The notes under the pieces: generated by a model | Seen by the model: the letters and a program-made list of their open reading frames with translations, nothing else | Database searches by the model: none | What the model was told of the DNA's origin: nothing | Position numbers and translations under genes: made by a program | From: an uncultured Gammaproteobacteria bacterium | GTDB lineage: Bacteria > Patescibacteriota > Patescibacteriia > S139-126 | Length of the DNA: 64,000 bases | Reading direction: 5' to 3' | NCBI GenBank assembly: GCA_964620905.1 | Contig: CAZUKA010000001.1 | Location: 90,890 to 154,889 of the forward strand | Shown: positions 37,998 to 48,672 of the stretch, in pieces | Layout of the letters: every line of letters starts with the position of its first letter | Numbering within the stretch: position 1 is the first letter of the stretch

Positions 37998-38342
37998 ATG
38001 AATAGTATCCAATATCTCTTATTGATTATTATTGTTTTTGTTTTATGGCGCGTATGGGCACGTAAGCGTGCACAAGAAATAGATAATCGAGTTTGGTTGG
38101 GTTGGACTATTTTTTGGTTGCTGGCGGGAGTGGCGACATTTTTGCCGCAAACAGCTGATCTAATTGCTAGTCGTTTGGGATTGACTTCTGGTCGTGGTGT
38201 TGATTTGATAGTTTATATTTCCATCCCTTTATTGTTTTATGTTTTATTCCGTTTATTGGTTAAAATTGATAGGTTAGAACAGAATCTGACCAAAATTATT
38301 AGACATTTAGCCATCAAAGAAAAAACTGAAAAAAAAGATTAA
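37998..38342 (+). CDS. Small membrane protein (DUF2304-like, often paired with GT2)
   Basis: Three TM helices, 114 aa, immediately downstream of the GT2. Family assignment from memory of context. Confidence 0.35.
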   Translation: MNSIQYLLLIIIVFVLWRVWARKRAQEIDNRVWLGWTIFWLLAGVATFLPQTADLIASRLGLTSGRGVDLIVYISIPLLFYVLFRLLVKIDRLEQNLTKIIRHLAIKEKTEKKD

Positions 38343-38343
38343 T

Positions 38344-39378
38344 ATGTCGCCAGTCGTAGTTATTATTGTTACATACAATAACCGACAACAAATTGGTGAT
38401 TGTTTGCAATCGGTACAAAACCAAACTTTCAAAGGTGGTTACCAGGTGGTAGTAGTTGATAATAGTTCAACCGACAATACAGCCCAGTTTGTACAAAAAA
38501 ATTTTCCCGCAGTAATATTGCTTCAAAATAAAAATAATGGTTATGCGGGGGGAAATAATTTAGGTATAATTTGGGCAAAAAATCAAGGATTTAGTCGGGT
38601 GGTGTTATTGAACCCAGATATGACAGTGGCGGCTGATTGGTTGGAAGAATTGATCAAAGTAGCTGAGTCCTCACCACGAATAGGTATGGTTCAAGCCAAA
38701 GTTCTTTTTTTTGAAGAAAAATATCGAATCAATACTATTGGCAATCCTTTGCATTTTGTTGGTTTTTCTTGGTCAGGAGGATTCAAACAGTTGAGTAGTA
38801 AATATTTAAATTCTGGTCCGATTTCAGTAGCTTCTGGCAGCAGTGTACTTATTAAGACTGAGTTGTTGGATAAAATCGGTTTATTCAATGAGAAGTATTT
38901 TATGTATCACGAAGATGTGGATCTTAGTTGGCGAACTTGGTTAGCAGGTTATCAAGTATATTTATCAGCTAACGCCAAAGCTTATCATAAATACAGTTTT
39001 TCTTTTGGAACTAAAAAATTTTATTATGTTGAACGTAATCGATTAGCACTGATTTTTACTAATTATCGTTTACTGACTATTTTATTTTTACTTCCGTTTA
39101 TATTGTTTACAGAAGCTGCTATGCTGGTCTATGCTTTTTTTACCGGTTGGACAAAATACAAATTGAAGTCTTGGTTGGGCTTTGTGTGGCTGCTGCCAAA
39201 TATTATCAGCCGACGTTGGTCACTGAGAAAGATAAGAAAAGTAAAAGATCGGGATATTTTTTCACTGCAAATTGCGAAATTAGAATTTGAAGCAATAAGC
39301 AGTCCTTTTCTTAAATATGCCTATAATCCTTTAGCAGTTGTTTATTTTAATTTTATTAGATTATTAGTTCGTTGGTAG
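38344..39378 (+). CDS. Glycosyltransferase family 2
   Basis: 'VVVIIVTYNNRQQIGDCLQSVQNQTF...VVVVDNSSTD'. Confidence 0.75.
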   Translation: MSPVVVIIVTYNNRQQIGDCLQSVQNQTFKGGYQVVVVDNSSTDNTAQFVQKNFPAVILLQNKNNGYAGGNNLGIIWAKNQGFSRVVLLNPDMTVAADWLEELIKVAESSPRIGMVQAKVLFFEEKYRINTIGNPLHFVGFSWSGGFKQLSSKYLNSGPISVASGSSVLIKTELLDKIGLFNEKYFMYHEDVDLSWRTWLAGYQVYLSANAKAYHKYSFSFGTKKFYYVERNRLALIFTNYRLLTILFLLPFILFTEAAMLVYAFFTGWTKYKLKSWLGFVWLLPNIISRRWSLRKIRKVKDRDIFSLQIAKLEFEAISSPFLKYAYNPLAVVYFNFIRLLVRW

Positions 39379-39382
39379 AATT

Positions 39383-40489
39383 ATGAAAATTGCTCAAATA
39401 TCAGCAGTTTTTCCCCCCTATCGGGGAGGGATTGGACAAGTGGCTTATAATTATACCCAAGGTTTATATGATTTGGGTGAAAAAGTAGAGGCTTTGACGA
39501 TTAACTATGGTCTTAAGCAAACCTACAAATTTCCTGTTCACTATCTTCGCGCTTGGATACGTTGGGGAAAAGCAGGTTTTTGTCCTCAATTATTATGGCG
39601 ACTGAATAAATATGATATTGTACAATTGCACTATCCGGCTTTTGGCCTGGCAGAAACTGTTTGGTTGTGGCGTCGTTTAAATAAGAATAAAAAATTATTT
39701 TTATTTTATCATCACGATTTAATTGGACAAGGTATTTTAGGTAATATATTTTCTTTCTATCAAACATTTTTTTTGCCACTATTACTGCGACAAGCCGACG
39801 TAATCATGGTGTCTTCATTTGATTATGCAGCAAGTAGTCAAATAAAAAAATATTATCAACAACGACCAGAAAAATTTGTCGCTCTTCCTTTTGGTGCTAA
39901 AGAAATTTATCAACCAGCCCAAGACAGAATTGCCCAACAACCTATTGAGAAAAATATTTTGTTTGTAGGTGGACTGGATCGTAATCACTATTTTAAAGGT
40001 GTAGATAAATTAATATCTGCCTGTGGTTTATTGCACTTTAGTAATTGGCGTCTACTGATTGTGGGCAGTGGAGAGTTAGTTGATCATTACCAGTCCTTAG
40101 CTGAAGAGTTAGGTATTGCAGATAAAGTTGTTTTTAGGGGAGGAATAGTCGATGAAGAGTTGGTACGTTTGTATCAACAAGCAACGGTTTTTTGTTTACC
40201 CAGCATTGATCAGACTGAAGCTTTTGGTATTGTTTTAGTGGAAGCGATGGCCTGCGGACTTCCGGTGATTGCCTCTGATTTGCCCGGCGTGAGATCAGTA
40301 GTTGAAAATGGTCAATCTGGTTATTTAGTTAAACCTAAAGATGTTAAGGACTTAGCAAGTAAAATTGAAAAAATTTTAACTGATGACAATTTGGGAAAAT
40401 TTTTCAGTCAGCAGTCTAGCCTGCGGGTGGAAAAATTTTATCGTTGGCCGGAAATTATCAAAAAATTAAAAACCATCTATCAAGTTTGA
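39383..40489 (+). CDS. Glycosyltransferase family 4
   Basis: 'EAFGIVLVEAMACGLPVIASDLPGVRSVVENGQSGYLV'. Confidence 0.8.
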   Translation: MKIAQISAVFPPYRGGIGQVAYNYTQGLYDLGEKVEALTINYGLKQTYKFPVHYLRAWIRWGKAGFCPQLLWRLNKYDIVQLHYPAFGLAETVWLWRRLNKNKKLFLFYHHDLIGQGILGNIFSFYQTFFLPLLLRQADVIMVSSFDYAASSQIKKYYQQRPEKFVALPFGAKEIYQPAQDRIAQQPIEKNILFVGGLDRNHYFKGVDKLISACGLLHFSNWRLLIVGSGELVDHYQSLAEELGIADKVVFRGGIVDEELVRLYQQATVFCLPSIDQTEAFGIVLVEAMACGLPVIASDLPGVRSVVENGQSGYLVKPKDVKDLASKIEKILTDDNLGKFFSQQSSLRVEKFYRWPEIIKKLKTIYQV

Positions 40490-40491
40490 AT

Positions 40492-42717
40492 ATGTTTGGG
40501 GTAGAAACTGTCAATCAATATAAAAAAATTATTAACTTGGTTTTTGTAGTTAACTTGGTTTTTTTAATTATTAATTTTTTATTTTACAAAATTTCCTTTT
40601 TGGTTTTTTTTGGTTTTTTACTTTGCCTTATTTTAGCTGGAATTTATTGGGGGACGCTGTATCAACGCTTATTATCCTTACGAATTTTTACTTCTTTGGT
40701 TTTTGGTTATTTGACTTTGTTTTATTTATTAAGTTTTACTATTTCTATTTTTGTTAATTTTTACAAATATGATGAACTATTTTCTTTGCTGTCAGTTGTG
40801 GTACTGGGTGTAATTTCTTATTTAATTGGTTTTAAATATAATTGGCTTGATGATTTACCTGAATCAAAAACAGCGGAGTTGGTTATCAGACCTCCCTTTT
40901 ACTTGGTGGTAGCTTTACCATTATTGTTGTTTGTGAGCTTAGTGCTTTTATTTTTGTCACGGAGCGAAGAATATTTGATTACTCCCTGGCAGGTGATTCC
41001 TAAAATTTACATTTATTTATTTTTATTAATCACTTTTACGGTTAGTTCCTTGTTGTTCAGCCGATTGAAAACTGGCGTAGTAATATTTTTAATTATTATT
41101 CACTCTTATTTTTTACATGCTTATTTACCCTTAGTATATGAGACCGGTTTTGGTGGTGATAAATGGCGTCATTTAGCCTCAGAAAAATTTTTGGCTGCTG
41201 GTGAAATCTATAGCCCAAGTTTAATTGGCGAGCCGATTAAAATGGTGACTTTGGGTCCAATTAGTTTACCCGAAGTATTGGTAGCTGGCAATAAAACTTC
41301 ATATGGAAATCAATGGGGCTTAACTTTACTACTGAGTGAATTTTTATCAATAGATATTTTTTGGATTGATTATTGGTTAATTTTTGGGTTGTGGTCGTTT
41401 TTTGTGCCCTTACTTTTATATCATTTGTCGGGGTTGATATATAATAAAAAACAGTTTAGGTTGTTAGTATCGTTTTTGCCCACATTGTTTTACACCTTAC
41501 AAGTATTTGGTGCTATCACCATCCCAGTATCTTTGGGGGCAATTTATTTTCTGCTGATTTTATACTTGTGGTTTTATTATTTGCGTTACCAGGAAAGGCG
41601 AGTAAGAAATTTGGCAATAATTTTAACTTTATTTTCTTATTTGGGTTATGTTCTTTATTTTATTTTATTATTAGTAATTGGTTTGGGATGCTTACTTATT
41701 GGGGAAATAAAAAAAATAAAAATACAACGATTTTTATTAATTTTATTTATCGCTGGATCCTGTTTGGTTATTCCGGCATTGGAATCATTGATGGGCTATG
41801 GCAGTTTAAAGGCAGAAGTTTTTTCTTCGCCTCAAGGAATAATTTATCAAACGGCTGAAGCTTTTGGAACTTTAACTGGGGTGGTAGCTTTTATTCCTAG
41901 ACCCACTCATATTGATCAAGGCAACTGGCTTTATAATCAAACTCGACAAACCCAGAGTCAGGCTTCTTTGTTTGGTCTGCGCATTCTTCCCTTTTTTTTC
42001 ACCGGCTTGGTTTGGTTATTGGCTTTATTGGGTATACAAAAAATTAGAAAGCTTGATAATAAAAAAATTGCTTGGTTTATCTTGGTAGCTTTAGGAATTA
42101 TGATTTTTAGTTATGTTTTTTCCTGGTATTTTATGACGGGCAATCATATTTTAGCTAGACGTTTGGATGTAACAATAACTTTTTTTTGGTTGATTCTTGT
42201 GGCTTTGGGAATTTTTTATTTACTGGAAAATGTTTTTACCAAGGTTGATGAGTTTACAAAAGTTTATGCTATTGCTGTTATGTTGGCGGTAGTGGCAGCG
42301 TCGACTTATAGTTCTGGGCCGGTTTTAGAAGTAGTAACTAAAGACGAAGTTTCGGCGGCTGAATATGTTTGGGAAAAAATTGATAAAAACTCACCTTATT
42401 GTGTAGTAGCCAATACTTGGCCATTATTGGGGCTTGAATATGTTTCCGGTAGGAAAATAATTGCTGGCGGGTTTCCGGTTTATTTGGAGTATGCTCAGCC
42501 AGAAAGAGTAAAAATTTTTGAAGGTTTGATAAGAAAACCAAAGACTGACGATTGGTTAAAAAAAGCTTTTGAGGTAACTAAAAGTAGTGAATGTTGGTAT
42601 CTAACAGAAAAGAGATGGATGTCTGATAAAGTGTGGGAAGAAAATCTAGAAATTTTTGGGCCACCGCAAGCGCAGGTTGGGAAAGTCTTTATTTGGCAAA
42701 TAAAAGCAGGGGAATAG
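40492..42717 (+). CDS. Large polytopic membrane protein, putative GT-C-type glycosyltransferase or glycan polymerase/ligase
   Basis: About 15 TM helices followed by a ~150-aa soluble C-terminal domain. Sits in the glycan cluster. No sequence-specific motif recognised. Confidence 0.45.
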   Translation: MFGVETVNQYKKIINLVFVVNLVFLIINFLFYKISFLVFFGFLLCLILAGIYWGTLYQRLLSLRIFTSLVFGYLTLFYLLSFTISIFVNFYKYDELFSLLSVVVLGVISYLIGFKYNWLDDLPESKTAELVIRPPFYLVVALPLLLFVSLVLLFLSRSEEYLITPWQVIPKIYIYLFLLITFTVSSLLFSRLKTGVVIFLIIIHSYFLHAYLPLVYETGFGGDKWRHLASEKFLAAGEIYSPSLIGEPIKMVTLGPISLPEVLVAGNKTSYGNQWGLTLLLSEFLSIDIFWIDYWLIFGLWSFFVPLLLYHLSGLIYNKKQFRLLVSFLPTLFYTLQVFGAITIPVSLGAIYFLLILYLWFYYLRYQERRVRNLAIILTLFSYLGYVLYFILLLVIGLGCLLIGEIKKIKIQRFLLILFIAGSCLVIPALESLMGYGSLKAEVFSSPQGIIYQTAEAFGTLTGVVAFIPRPTHIDQGNWLYNQTRQTQSQASLFGLRILPFFFTGLVWLLALLGIQKIRKLDNKKIAWFILVALGIMIFSYVFSWYFMTGNHILARRLDVTITFFWLILVALGIFYLLENVFTKVDEFTKVYAIAVMLAVVAASTYSSGPVLEVVTKDEVSAAEYVWEKIDKNSPYCVVANTWPLLGLEYVSGRKIIAGGFPVYLEYAQPERVKIFEGLIRKPKTDDWLKKAFEVTKSSECWYLTEKRWMSDKVWEENLEIFGPPQAQVGKVFIWQIKAGE

Positions 42718-42742
42718 ACCAGGTTAATATTAGAAATATTAA

Positions 42743-43762
42743 CTAATTAATATTTATAAATTTTTTTGTTGGTAAGTAATCACTGTCAACAATTTTTTTG
42801 GTGATGAAAGGTTTGATGTCGGTTGTAATTTTGGCTTGGATAACCGAACGTTTATATTTGAATTTATTTAAGTTTTTTAGAGCAGAGTAAAAGGCCGCTA
42901 CATAAGTTTTTAGTTGTTTTCTTTTTAAACAGTTTAGCTTAATAATAATTTGTCCCATTAGTAAAAATGGTCCGTATTGCCACCAAACTTTAGTAGGAAA
43001 ATTTTTGTAAAGAGCAAAAATTAAATTGCGATAAGTATGATATATTGCAAAGTCAGACATTACAGCGGTAGTAGCGGAACCTTTGTGATAGCAAATAGCA
43101 TCAGCTGCTAGAATAGCTTGGAAACCAAAAAGCCTGGCTCTGAATCCTAAATCAAAATCTTCCGCATAGGCAAAAAAACTGGAATCAAAATAATCATAAA
43201 CAATTCTTGATTCAAAACCAGTTGAAACTTGCTTTTCTTCGCGACATTTTTCTAGTAATTTGCGGCTGTAAAGGGCAGCGCCAGCTGACGGGCAAAACAA
43301 AATTTTTCCTGAAGATTTGATATTGAAAGTAAGTCCAGACATCATTAGTTCAATTCCCAAACAATCAGTTTCGCTAGGTTTGTCCATTTTCATCATTTTC
43401 GCCTGTACCATATCAATTTGACTAGTGGTGGTAGCGTTGACTAATTCTTGTAAAAAATTAACTTCTACTACAATGTCATTGTTTAAGGTGATAACGTATT
43501 CAATGTTATTGTCAGCTAGAGCTTGCCTGATATTGATATTGTTGCCTTCGGCAAAGCCTTTATTTTCTGGCAAAATATTTATTGTAATGTTTTTTTCTTG
43601 AGCGTATAGGTTTTGCAAAGTGATTTCGTCCGAGTGGACTGCTCCTTGAATCAGCAAATGAATATGAAAAAATTTATAACTTTGTTTTTTTAAAGATTCT
43701 AAACAGTTGATGGTCAATTGGGTGTTTTTATGATGGAGAATAGAGATAGCAACTTTATTCAT
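42743..43762 (-). CDS. Glycosyltransferase family 2
   Basis: 'AISILHHKNTQLTINCLESLKKQSY', 'AYAEDFDLGFR'. Confidence 0.7.
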   Translation of the reverse strand: MNKVAISILHHKNTQLTINCLESLKKQSYKFFHIHLLIQGAVHSDEITLQNLYAQEKNITINILPENKGFAEGNNINIRQALADNNIEYVITLNNDIVVEVNFLQELVNATTTSQIDMVQAKMMKMDKPSETDCLGIELMMSGLTFNIKSSGKILFCPSAGAALYSRKLLEKCREEKQVSTGFESRIVYDYFDSSFFAYAEDFDLGFRARLFGFQAILAADAICYHKGSATTAVMSDFAIYHTYRNLIFALYKNFPTKVWWQYGPFLLMGQIIIKLNCLKRKQLKTYVAAFYSALKNLNKFKYKRSVIQAKITTDIKPFITKKIVDSDYLPTKKFININ

Positions 43763-43765
43763 ATA

Positions 43766-45049
43766 TTAAATTGGTTTGTTTAATTTGGGCATAGGAATCT
43801 CTTTTATTTGAATAAATTTTTTGTTCAAATAGTATTCCACAGCCAAAAATATCAAAAGACCGGTAATAATTTCTGTTAGTACTGTTGACCAGGCTGCACC
43901 CAGATAAGAAAATTTTGGTATCCAAAAAAAATTAAGAATAACATTTATCACTAAACCTAAAAAAGTTGCCAAGGTATAGGCAATTTGTTTACCCAAGGCG
44001 TTCAAAGTATAGAGCCAGACATGAGCGAGAAAGGAAAAAAATACGGCTAAAGACAAAATATAAAATATTTTGACCGCTGGAAGAAAGTCAGGTCCATAAA
44101 GATAAACAATCAACCATTTAGCAATCAAAGTAGATAGTCCAAGTATTATTAGTCCTGCGCCAGTCATTAAATATAAAGTTTGGCGATATAATAGGCGAAA
44201 TTTAGTGATAGATTCTTTGGCTAAGAGCGATAGTTTGGGAAAAACTGACATAATCAAAATGTAAGCTACAAAAGTCAAGGAAAAGATCAGCAAATAGGCA
44301 GCGTTGTATAAACCAGTATCTAGGTCGCCTTTCAGTAAGGAAAGCATTACGGTATCAATACGAAAATAAATAATCACAAACATATTAGCCAACGCTAGTG
44401 GCCAAGCTTGACGAATAATTTGTTTGATAAAATGATTATCCCAATGCCAAGCTAAAACGTTGTATTTCTTTTTAATCAGCCAGCTACTGATTAGCAAAGA
44501 ATAACAACCAGCTATAAAGTATGCCCAAACGACCGAAGATAGAGATTTTTGCCAGACAGCAAAAATAATAATAAGAAACAGTAATAGGTGCTGACTGATT
44601 TTTATTAAAGTTTCATATTTGAAATGTTCATAAGCACGAAAAACAGCGCGCATAAGTTCGGCTGCGGTGTAAACTAGTAAATAAGCCCCGGCAATTAATA
44701 TTAATTGTTTAATGTTTATTGGTTTGTTTATCAGCCAGGTAACAGTTACAATTAAAATATAGACTAAAACACTCCAAATAAGTTTAAATGATAAGTAGTT
44801 TCCTAAGATTTTTTTGGCATTGTCTTTGTCAACACTGATATCACGTACAGCTAATAGAGTTAAACCAAAATCAGCCACTACTTGCCAAATTTGGGCGTAA
44901 GCTAAAATAAAAGCAAATTGGCCATAAACCGTACTACCCAAATTTCTAGCTATCAGTACGCTGATAAAAAAAAGTATCAGCATAGATATACCTTCGGACA
45001 GAGCTAAAAAAGAAGTATTTTTTTTCAGGATTTTCTGTAAAGAGACCAT
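43766..45049 (-). CDS. Polysaccharide biosynthesis flippase (Wzx-like, MOP superfamily)
   Basis: 12 TM helices. N-terminal 'LSEGISMLILFFISVLIARNLGSTVYGQFAF'. Confidence 0.75.
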   Translation of the reverse strand: MVSLQKILKKNTSFLALSEGISMLILFFISVLIARNLGSTVYGQFAFILAYAQIWQVVADFGLTLLAVRDISVDKDNAKKILGNYLSFKLIWSVLVYILIVTVTWLINKPINIKQLILIAGAYLLVYTAAELMRAVFRAYEHFKYETLIKISQHLLLFLIIIFAVWQKSLSSVVWAYFIAGCYSLLISSWLIKKKYNVLAWHWDNHFIKQIIRQAWPLALANMFVIIYFRIDTVMLSLLKGDLDTGLYNAAYLLIFSLTFVAYILIMSVFPKLSLLAKESITKFRLLYRQTLYLMTGAGLIILGLSTLIAKWLIVYLYGPDFLPAVKIFYILSLAVFFSFLAHVWLYTLNALGKQIAYTLATFLGLVINVILNFFWIPKFSYLGAAWSTVLTEIITGLLIFLAVEYYLNKKFIQIKEIPMPKLNKPI

Positions 45050-45119
45050 ACATATATTGTAGCAGGAAAATATTTTTGTAGGAATGAAAAATCTGTTTAA
45101 TTTGTTATAATAGTATCAA

Positions 45120-45953
45120 ATGACTAAAACTGACAAAATAACTCGTTTTTTGAATTTAGCTATTGCCTTGGCTTCAGTTTTCTTTTTAGTTTACTTAATT
45201 TGGTATGATATTAATCCAAAAGGTATTCGAGATATTAGTCATGCCATTGATAAACATCATACTCTGGTAAATGGACCAGTTCCAGTTGATCGTTTACAGA
45301 CATCTGAGGACTATTGGGAAATATTTATTGATCCGGTGTATTTTGATTTATATATTCCCAGACTTTATCAAAGAATTAATTTTTCTTTGTTGATGAAAAA
45401 TCCAGGTCAACCAGTAGTAGAGCTTGGAGGGCTAGGGAGTGATCAGGGTTGGCAGATAACACTCAAACCAGGGATCAATGACTTTATTGATAATCTAAAT
45501 CTGGACTGCCAAGATTTTTCCGAAGTGCAAATTTGTGCTGGAAAAAAAGTATTACCTGCTGACTTAACTGCCTGGGATGAAATTTTATTACTTTACCCCG
45601 ATGCTGTGTATTCTACTTATTTTTTTGCTGATCAGAAACTTGCTAATCATCAAGTAATAAATTGGGACAATAAATTTACCAATTCAGATTTTGATTTTTT
45701 ACTTACCACCTATCGAAAGCCAGTTGTTTTGAGTGAAGGTTGGCGGTTGGTACAAGCAACTTTTTATCCCAATGAATTGTGGCTGGCAGGGCATATTTAT
45801 AAATTTGTCATTTCCGCGCCCAATCTAGCTGAATCTGGTGGTCGAGTGCTGATACGTCGAGTTGATTTTTCTTTGGTTAAGGAACCAATTACCCTAAATA
45901 ATCTGGGAATAAAATTAACCCGTTTTTGGCAGCGCTTTAAAAACAAATGGTGA
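45120..45953 (+). CDS. Hypothetical membrane-anchored protein
   Basis: N-terminal TM 'LAIALASVFFLVYLIW'. No family recognised. Confidence 0.4.
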   Translation: MTKTDKITRFLNLAIALASVFFLVYLIWYDINPKGIRDISHAIDKHHTLVNGPVPVDRLQTSEDYWEIFIDPVYFDLYIPRLYQRINFSLLMKNPGQPVVELGGLGSDQGWQITLKPGINDFIDNLNLDCQDFSEVQICAGKKVLPADLTAWDEILLLYPDAVYSTYFFADQKLANHQVINWDNKFTNSDFDFLLTTYRKPVVLSEGWRLVQATFYPNELWLAGHIYKFVISAPNLAESGGRVLIRRVDFSLVKEPITLNNLGIKLTRFWQRFKNKW

Positions 45954-45957
45954 AAAT

Positions 45958-46323
45958 ATGTCAAAATATTATTTGACTAGAACAATTAAGGTACTTTTAT
46001 TTTGGAGTTTGGCTTTATTTATCGGTCTTTTGTTATTGGAAGATTTAAAACCTTTTTTAGTAAGGATTCATTTTTCACCACATTGGTTGGTTGTGGTCAT
46101 AGTTTTGCTCTTTTTACTTCAACTTTTTACCAATGACAGTTGGCAACCAAAAATACCCAGTAAAAAAAGATTAATTCTTTTTTCTTGGTTAGTAGCAATA
46201 GCTTGTTGTCTGATTGTTTATTTTCTAGCAACAAATAAAGTGTTTGGCATTTTGTCTGGAATCTTGTTATTTTTTTTAGTCTTATTTATTAATCGTTTTT
46301 GGTTGAAAAACTTATTGTTCTGA
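45958..46323 (+). CDS. Hypothetical small membrane protein (4 TM)
   Basis: Hydrophobic ORF following the previous gene. Confidence 0.35.
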   Translation: MSKYYLTRTIKVLLFWSLALFIGLLLLEDLKPFLVRIHFSPHWLVVVIVLLFLLQLFTNDSWQPKIPSKKRLILFSWLVAIACCLIVYFLATNKVFGILSGILLFFLVLFINRFWLKNLLF

Positions 46324-46853
46324 TTTGCCACTCTAAAGATTATCATTTAATATATAGACACATGATTGACGGAGTAATAATAAAAAAATTAAAAGTTCAT
46401 GCTGACATACCAGATACCGACGAAATTTTGTCGCAACCTGGGTTTTTGATGGAAGTATTACGAGCTGATGACAAATTACTCAAAAAATTTGGACAAACAA
46501 CTTTTACTGTCGCTTATAAAGGTACCATCAAAGCTTTTCATTTCCATGCGAAACAGGATGATTTATGGTTTGTAGCCACGGGGAAAGCTATGGTTGTATT
46601 ATATGATTTAAGAGAAGGTTCACCCACCCAAGGTCAAACCCAAGTTATTTGCGCAGGTGAGGGTGATTATAAGTTGATAGTTATTCCGGTTGGCGTGGCT
46701 CATGGTTATAAAGTTTTATCCACTGAGCCAGTATTGCTTTTTTATCATACAACTGAAAGTTATAACTCTTCTAATCCAGATGAAAAAAGAATCGCTTTTG
46801 ATGATGATAAAATTGGTTTTGATTGGAATAGTAAACCAATAGTTAAGGATTAA
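46299..46853 (+). CDS. rfbC: dTDP-4-dehydrorhamnose 3,5-epimerase (true start probably the ATG at 46362)
   Basis: 'FHFHAKQDDLWFVATGKAMVVLYDLREGSPTQGQ...IPVGVAHGYKVLS' is the RmlC cupin signature. Confidence 0.75.
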   Translation: MVEKLIVLICHSKDYHLIYRHMIDGVIIKKLKVHADIPDTDEILSQPGFLMEVLRADDKLLKKFGQTTFTVAYKGTIKAFHFHAKQDDLWFVATGKAMVVLYDLREGSPTQGQTQVICAGEGDYKLIVIPVGVAHGYKVLSTEPVLLFYHTTESYNSSNPDEKRIAFDDDKIGFDWNSKPIVKD

Positions 46854-46854
46854 T

Positions 46855-46910
46855 ACTACTTCGTAATTCTTAATTTGTAATTCTTAATACTAAATTCTTA
46901 ATTCTAAATT
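46855..46910 (+). repeat. Three spaced copies of 'AATTCTTAAT' in the rfbC-HIT intergenic region
   Basis: cgtaattcttaatttgtaattcttaatactaaattcttaattctaaatt. Confidence 0.4.
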
Positions 46911-47327
46911 ATGCATGACTGTATTTTTTGTAAAATTGTAGTCGGTGAAATACCTAGCGAAAAAGTTTATGAAGATGAAAACACGGTAGCTTTTTTGGAT
47001 ATTTCACCGGTTACCAAAGGGCACGTTTTAGTTATTCCTAAAAAACATTATAAAGATTTATTGGAAACACCACTACTTGAACTTGAAGGTTGTTTGAAAA
47101 CAATAAAAAAAATAGCCCCTAAACTTATGGTGGCATTAGAAGCCGATGGATTTAATATTGGTTTAAATAATGGTCAAGCTTCGGGACAGGTAGTGAAACA
47201 TCTTCATTTTCATATTATTCCTCGTTTTGATAGTGACAATTTAAGAATGTGGGAAGGACAGGCTTATCAAGCAGGAGAGATGAATGATTATGGTAATAAA
47301 ATAAGAAAATTTACAATTGAATTATGA
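46911..47327 (+). CDS. HIT-family (histidine triad) hydrolase
   Basis: 'CIFCKIV', 'GHVLVIPKKH', 'HLHFHIIPR'. Confidence 0.85.
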   Translation: MHDCIFCKIVVGEIPSEKVYEDENTVAFLDISPVTKGHVLVIPKKHYKDLLETPLLELEGCLKTIKKIAPKLMVALEADGFNIGLNNGQASGQVVKHLHFHIIPRFDSDNLRMWEGQAYQAGEMNDYGNKIRKFTIEL

Positions 47328-48580
47328 TTAAAAGTAAAATAAAAAATATTCATCTAGCCGAAGCAGGTAGAAAAAAAATTATTTGGGCAAAAAAAGCCAT
47401 GCCCGTGCTTGATTATTTACAAAGAAAATATAAACAAACTAAACCGTTGCACGGTTTAAATATTGCTGCTTGTATGCATGTTACCAGTGAAACGGCCAAT
47501 CTGATGATTTTATTGAAAAGTTCTGGAGCTAAGGTAAAACTTTCAGCTTCCAATCCTTTGTCCACTCAGGACGAAATCGCTGCCAGCTTGGTAAAGGACT
47601 ATGGAATCAGTGTGTTTGCTGTTAGAGGTGCTAAAAGACAAGAATATTTTCAACAATTGCATGCTACCTTAGATAAAGACACTAATTTTACCATGGATGA
47701 TGGGGCAGATTTGGTAAAAACTTTACATAGCGAAAAAAAGTTTTTTTTAAAAAATATTTGGGGTGGTACTGAAGAAACCACTACTGGTGTTATTAGATTG
47801 AAAGCATTGGCTAAGCAAAAAAAACTGGCTTATCCGATCGTCGCTGTTAATGATGCACAGACCAAGCATTTATTTGATAATCGTTATGGTACAGGTCAAT
47901 CAACAGTGGACGGTCTAATTCGTGCCACCAATGTGTTGTTGGCCGGAAAAACTTTGGTGGTAGCAGGATATGGTTGGTGCGGACGCGGAGTAGCTATGCG
48001 AGCTAAAGGTCACGGGGCAGATGTAGTGATAACTGAAATAAATCCGGTGCGAGCTTTGGAAGCAAAAATGGACGGATTTCGCGTGTTACCGATGAGTCAG
48101 GCGGTTAAACTAGGTGATATTTTTATCACCGCAACTGGGGATATAAATGTTTTGGATGCAAAACATTTTCGCCAAATGAAAGCTGGTGCAATAATGGCTA
48201 ATACCGGTCATTTTGATGTAGAGATAAATATCAAGGCTTTGCGTAATTTAGCGCGGACTAGTAAAGAGGTTAGACCTGAAGTCACTGCTTATGAATTGCC
48301 AAATAAAGTTTTATATTTATTGTCTGAGGGCAGGCTGGTAAATCTATCAGCGGCTGAAGGTCATCCAGCGCAAGTGATGGATATGAGCTTTGCGGGTCAG
48401 TTTTTAGCAGCTAAATTTGTCAAAGACAATAAAAATAAATTAGTACCTGATGTTTATAATTTGCCAGAAAAGTTAGATTTGGAAATTGCCAAATTGAAAT
48501 TGAAAACTATGGGTGTAGCAATTGACTATTTAACTAGTGAACAGAAAAATTATTTAGCCAGTTGGGAAGTAGGTACTTAG
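47324..48580 (+). CDS. ahcY: Adenosylhomocysteinase
   Basis: 'GKTLVVAGYGWCGRGVAMRAKGHGADVVITEINPVRALEAKMDGF', 'HFDVEI'. Confidence 0.9.
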   Translation: MIKSKIKNIHLAEAGRKKIIWAKKAMPVLDYLQRKYKQTKPLHGLNIAACMHVTSETANLMILLKSSGAKVKLSASNPLSTQDEIAASLVKDYGISVFAVRGAKRQEYFQQLHATLDKDTNFTMDDGADLVKTLHSEKKFFLKNIWGGTEETTTGVIRLKALAKQKKLAYPIVAVNDAQTKHLFDNRYGTGQSTVDGLIRATNVLLAGKTLVVAGYGWCGRGVAMRAKGHGADVVITEINPVRALEAKMDGFRVLPMSQAVKLGDIFITATGDINVLDAKHFRQMKAGAIMANTGHFDVEINIKALRNLARTSKEVRPEVTAYELPNKVLYLLSEGRLVNLSAAEGHPAQVMDMSFAGQFLAAKFVKDNKNKLVPDVYNLPEKLDLEIAKLKLKTMGVAIDYLTSEQKNYLASWEVGT

Positions 48581-48616
48581 CTCAATTTTAAATTATAAAT
48601 TATTAATTATAAATAA

Positions 48617-48672
48617 TGTCATCCCGAACTAGTTTCAGGATCTAGAGATTCCGATATAAATTCGGAATGACA
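48617..48672 (+). promoter_or_regulatory. 56-nt hairpin (12-bp stem, 1 mismatch) spanning the ahcY-rfbB junction and overlapping the first rfbB ATG
   Basis: tgtcatcccgaa...ttcggaatgaca. Inner ctag...ctag. Confidence 0.4.
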
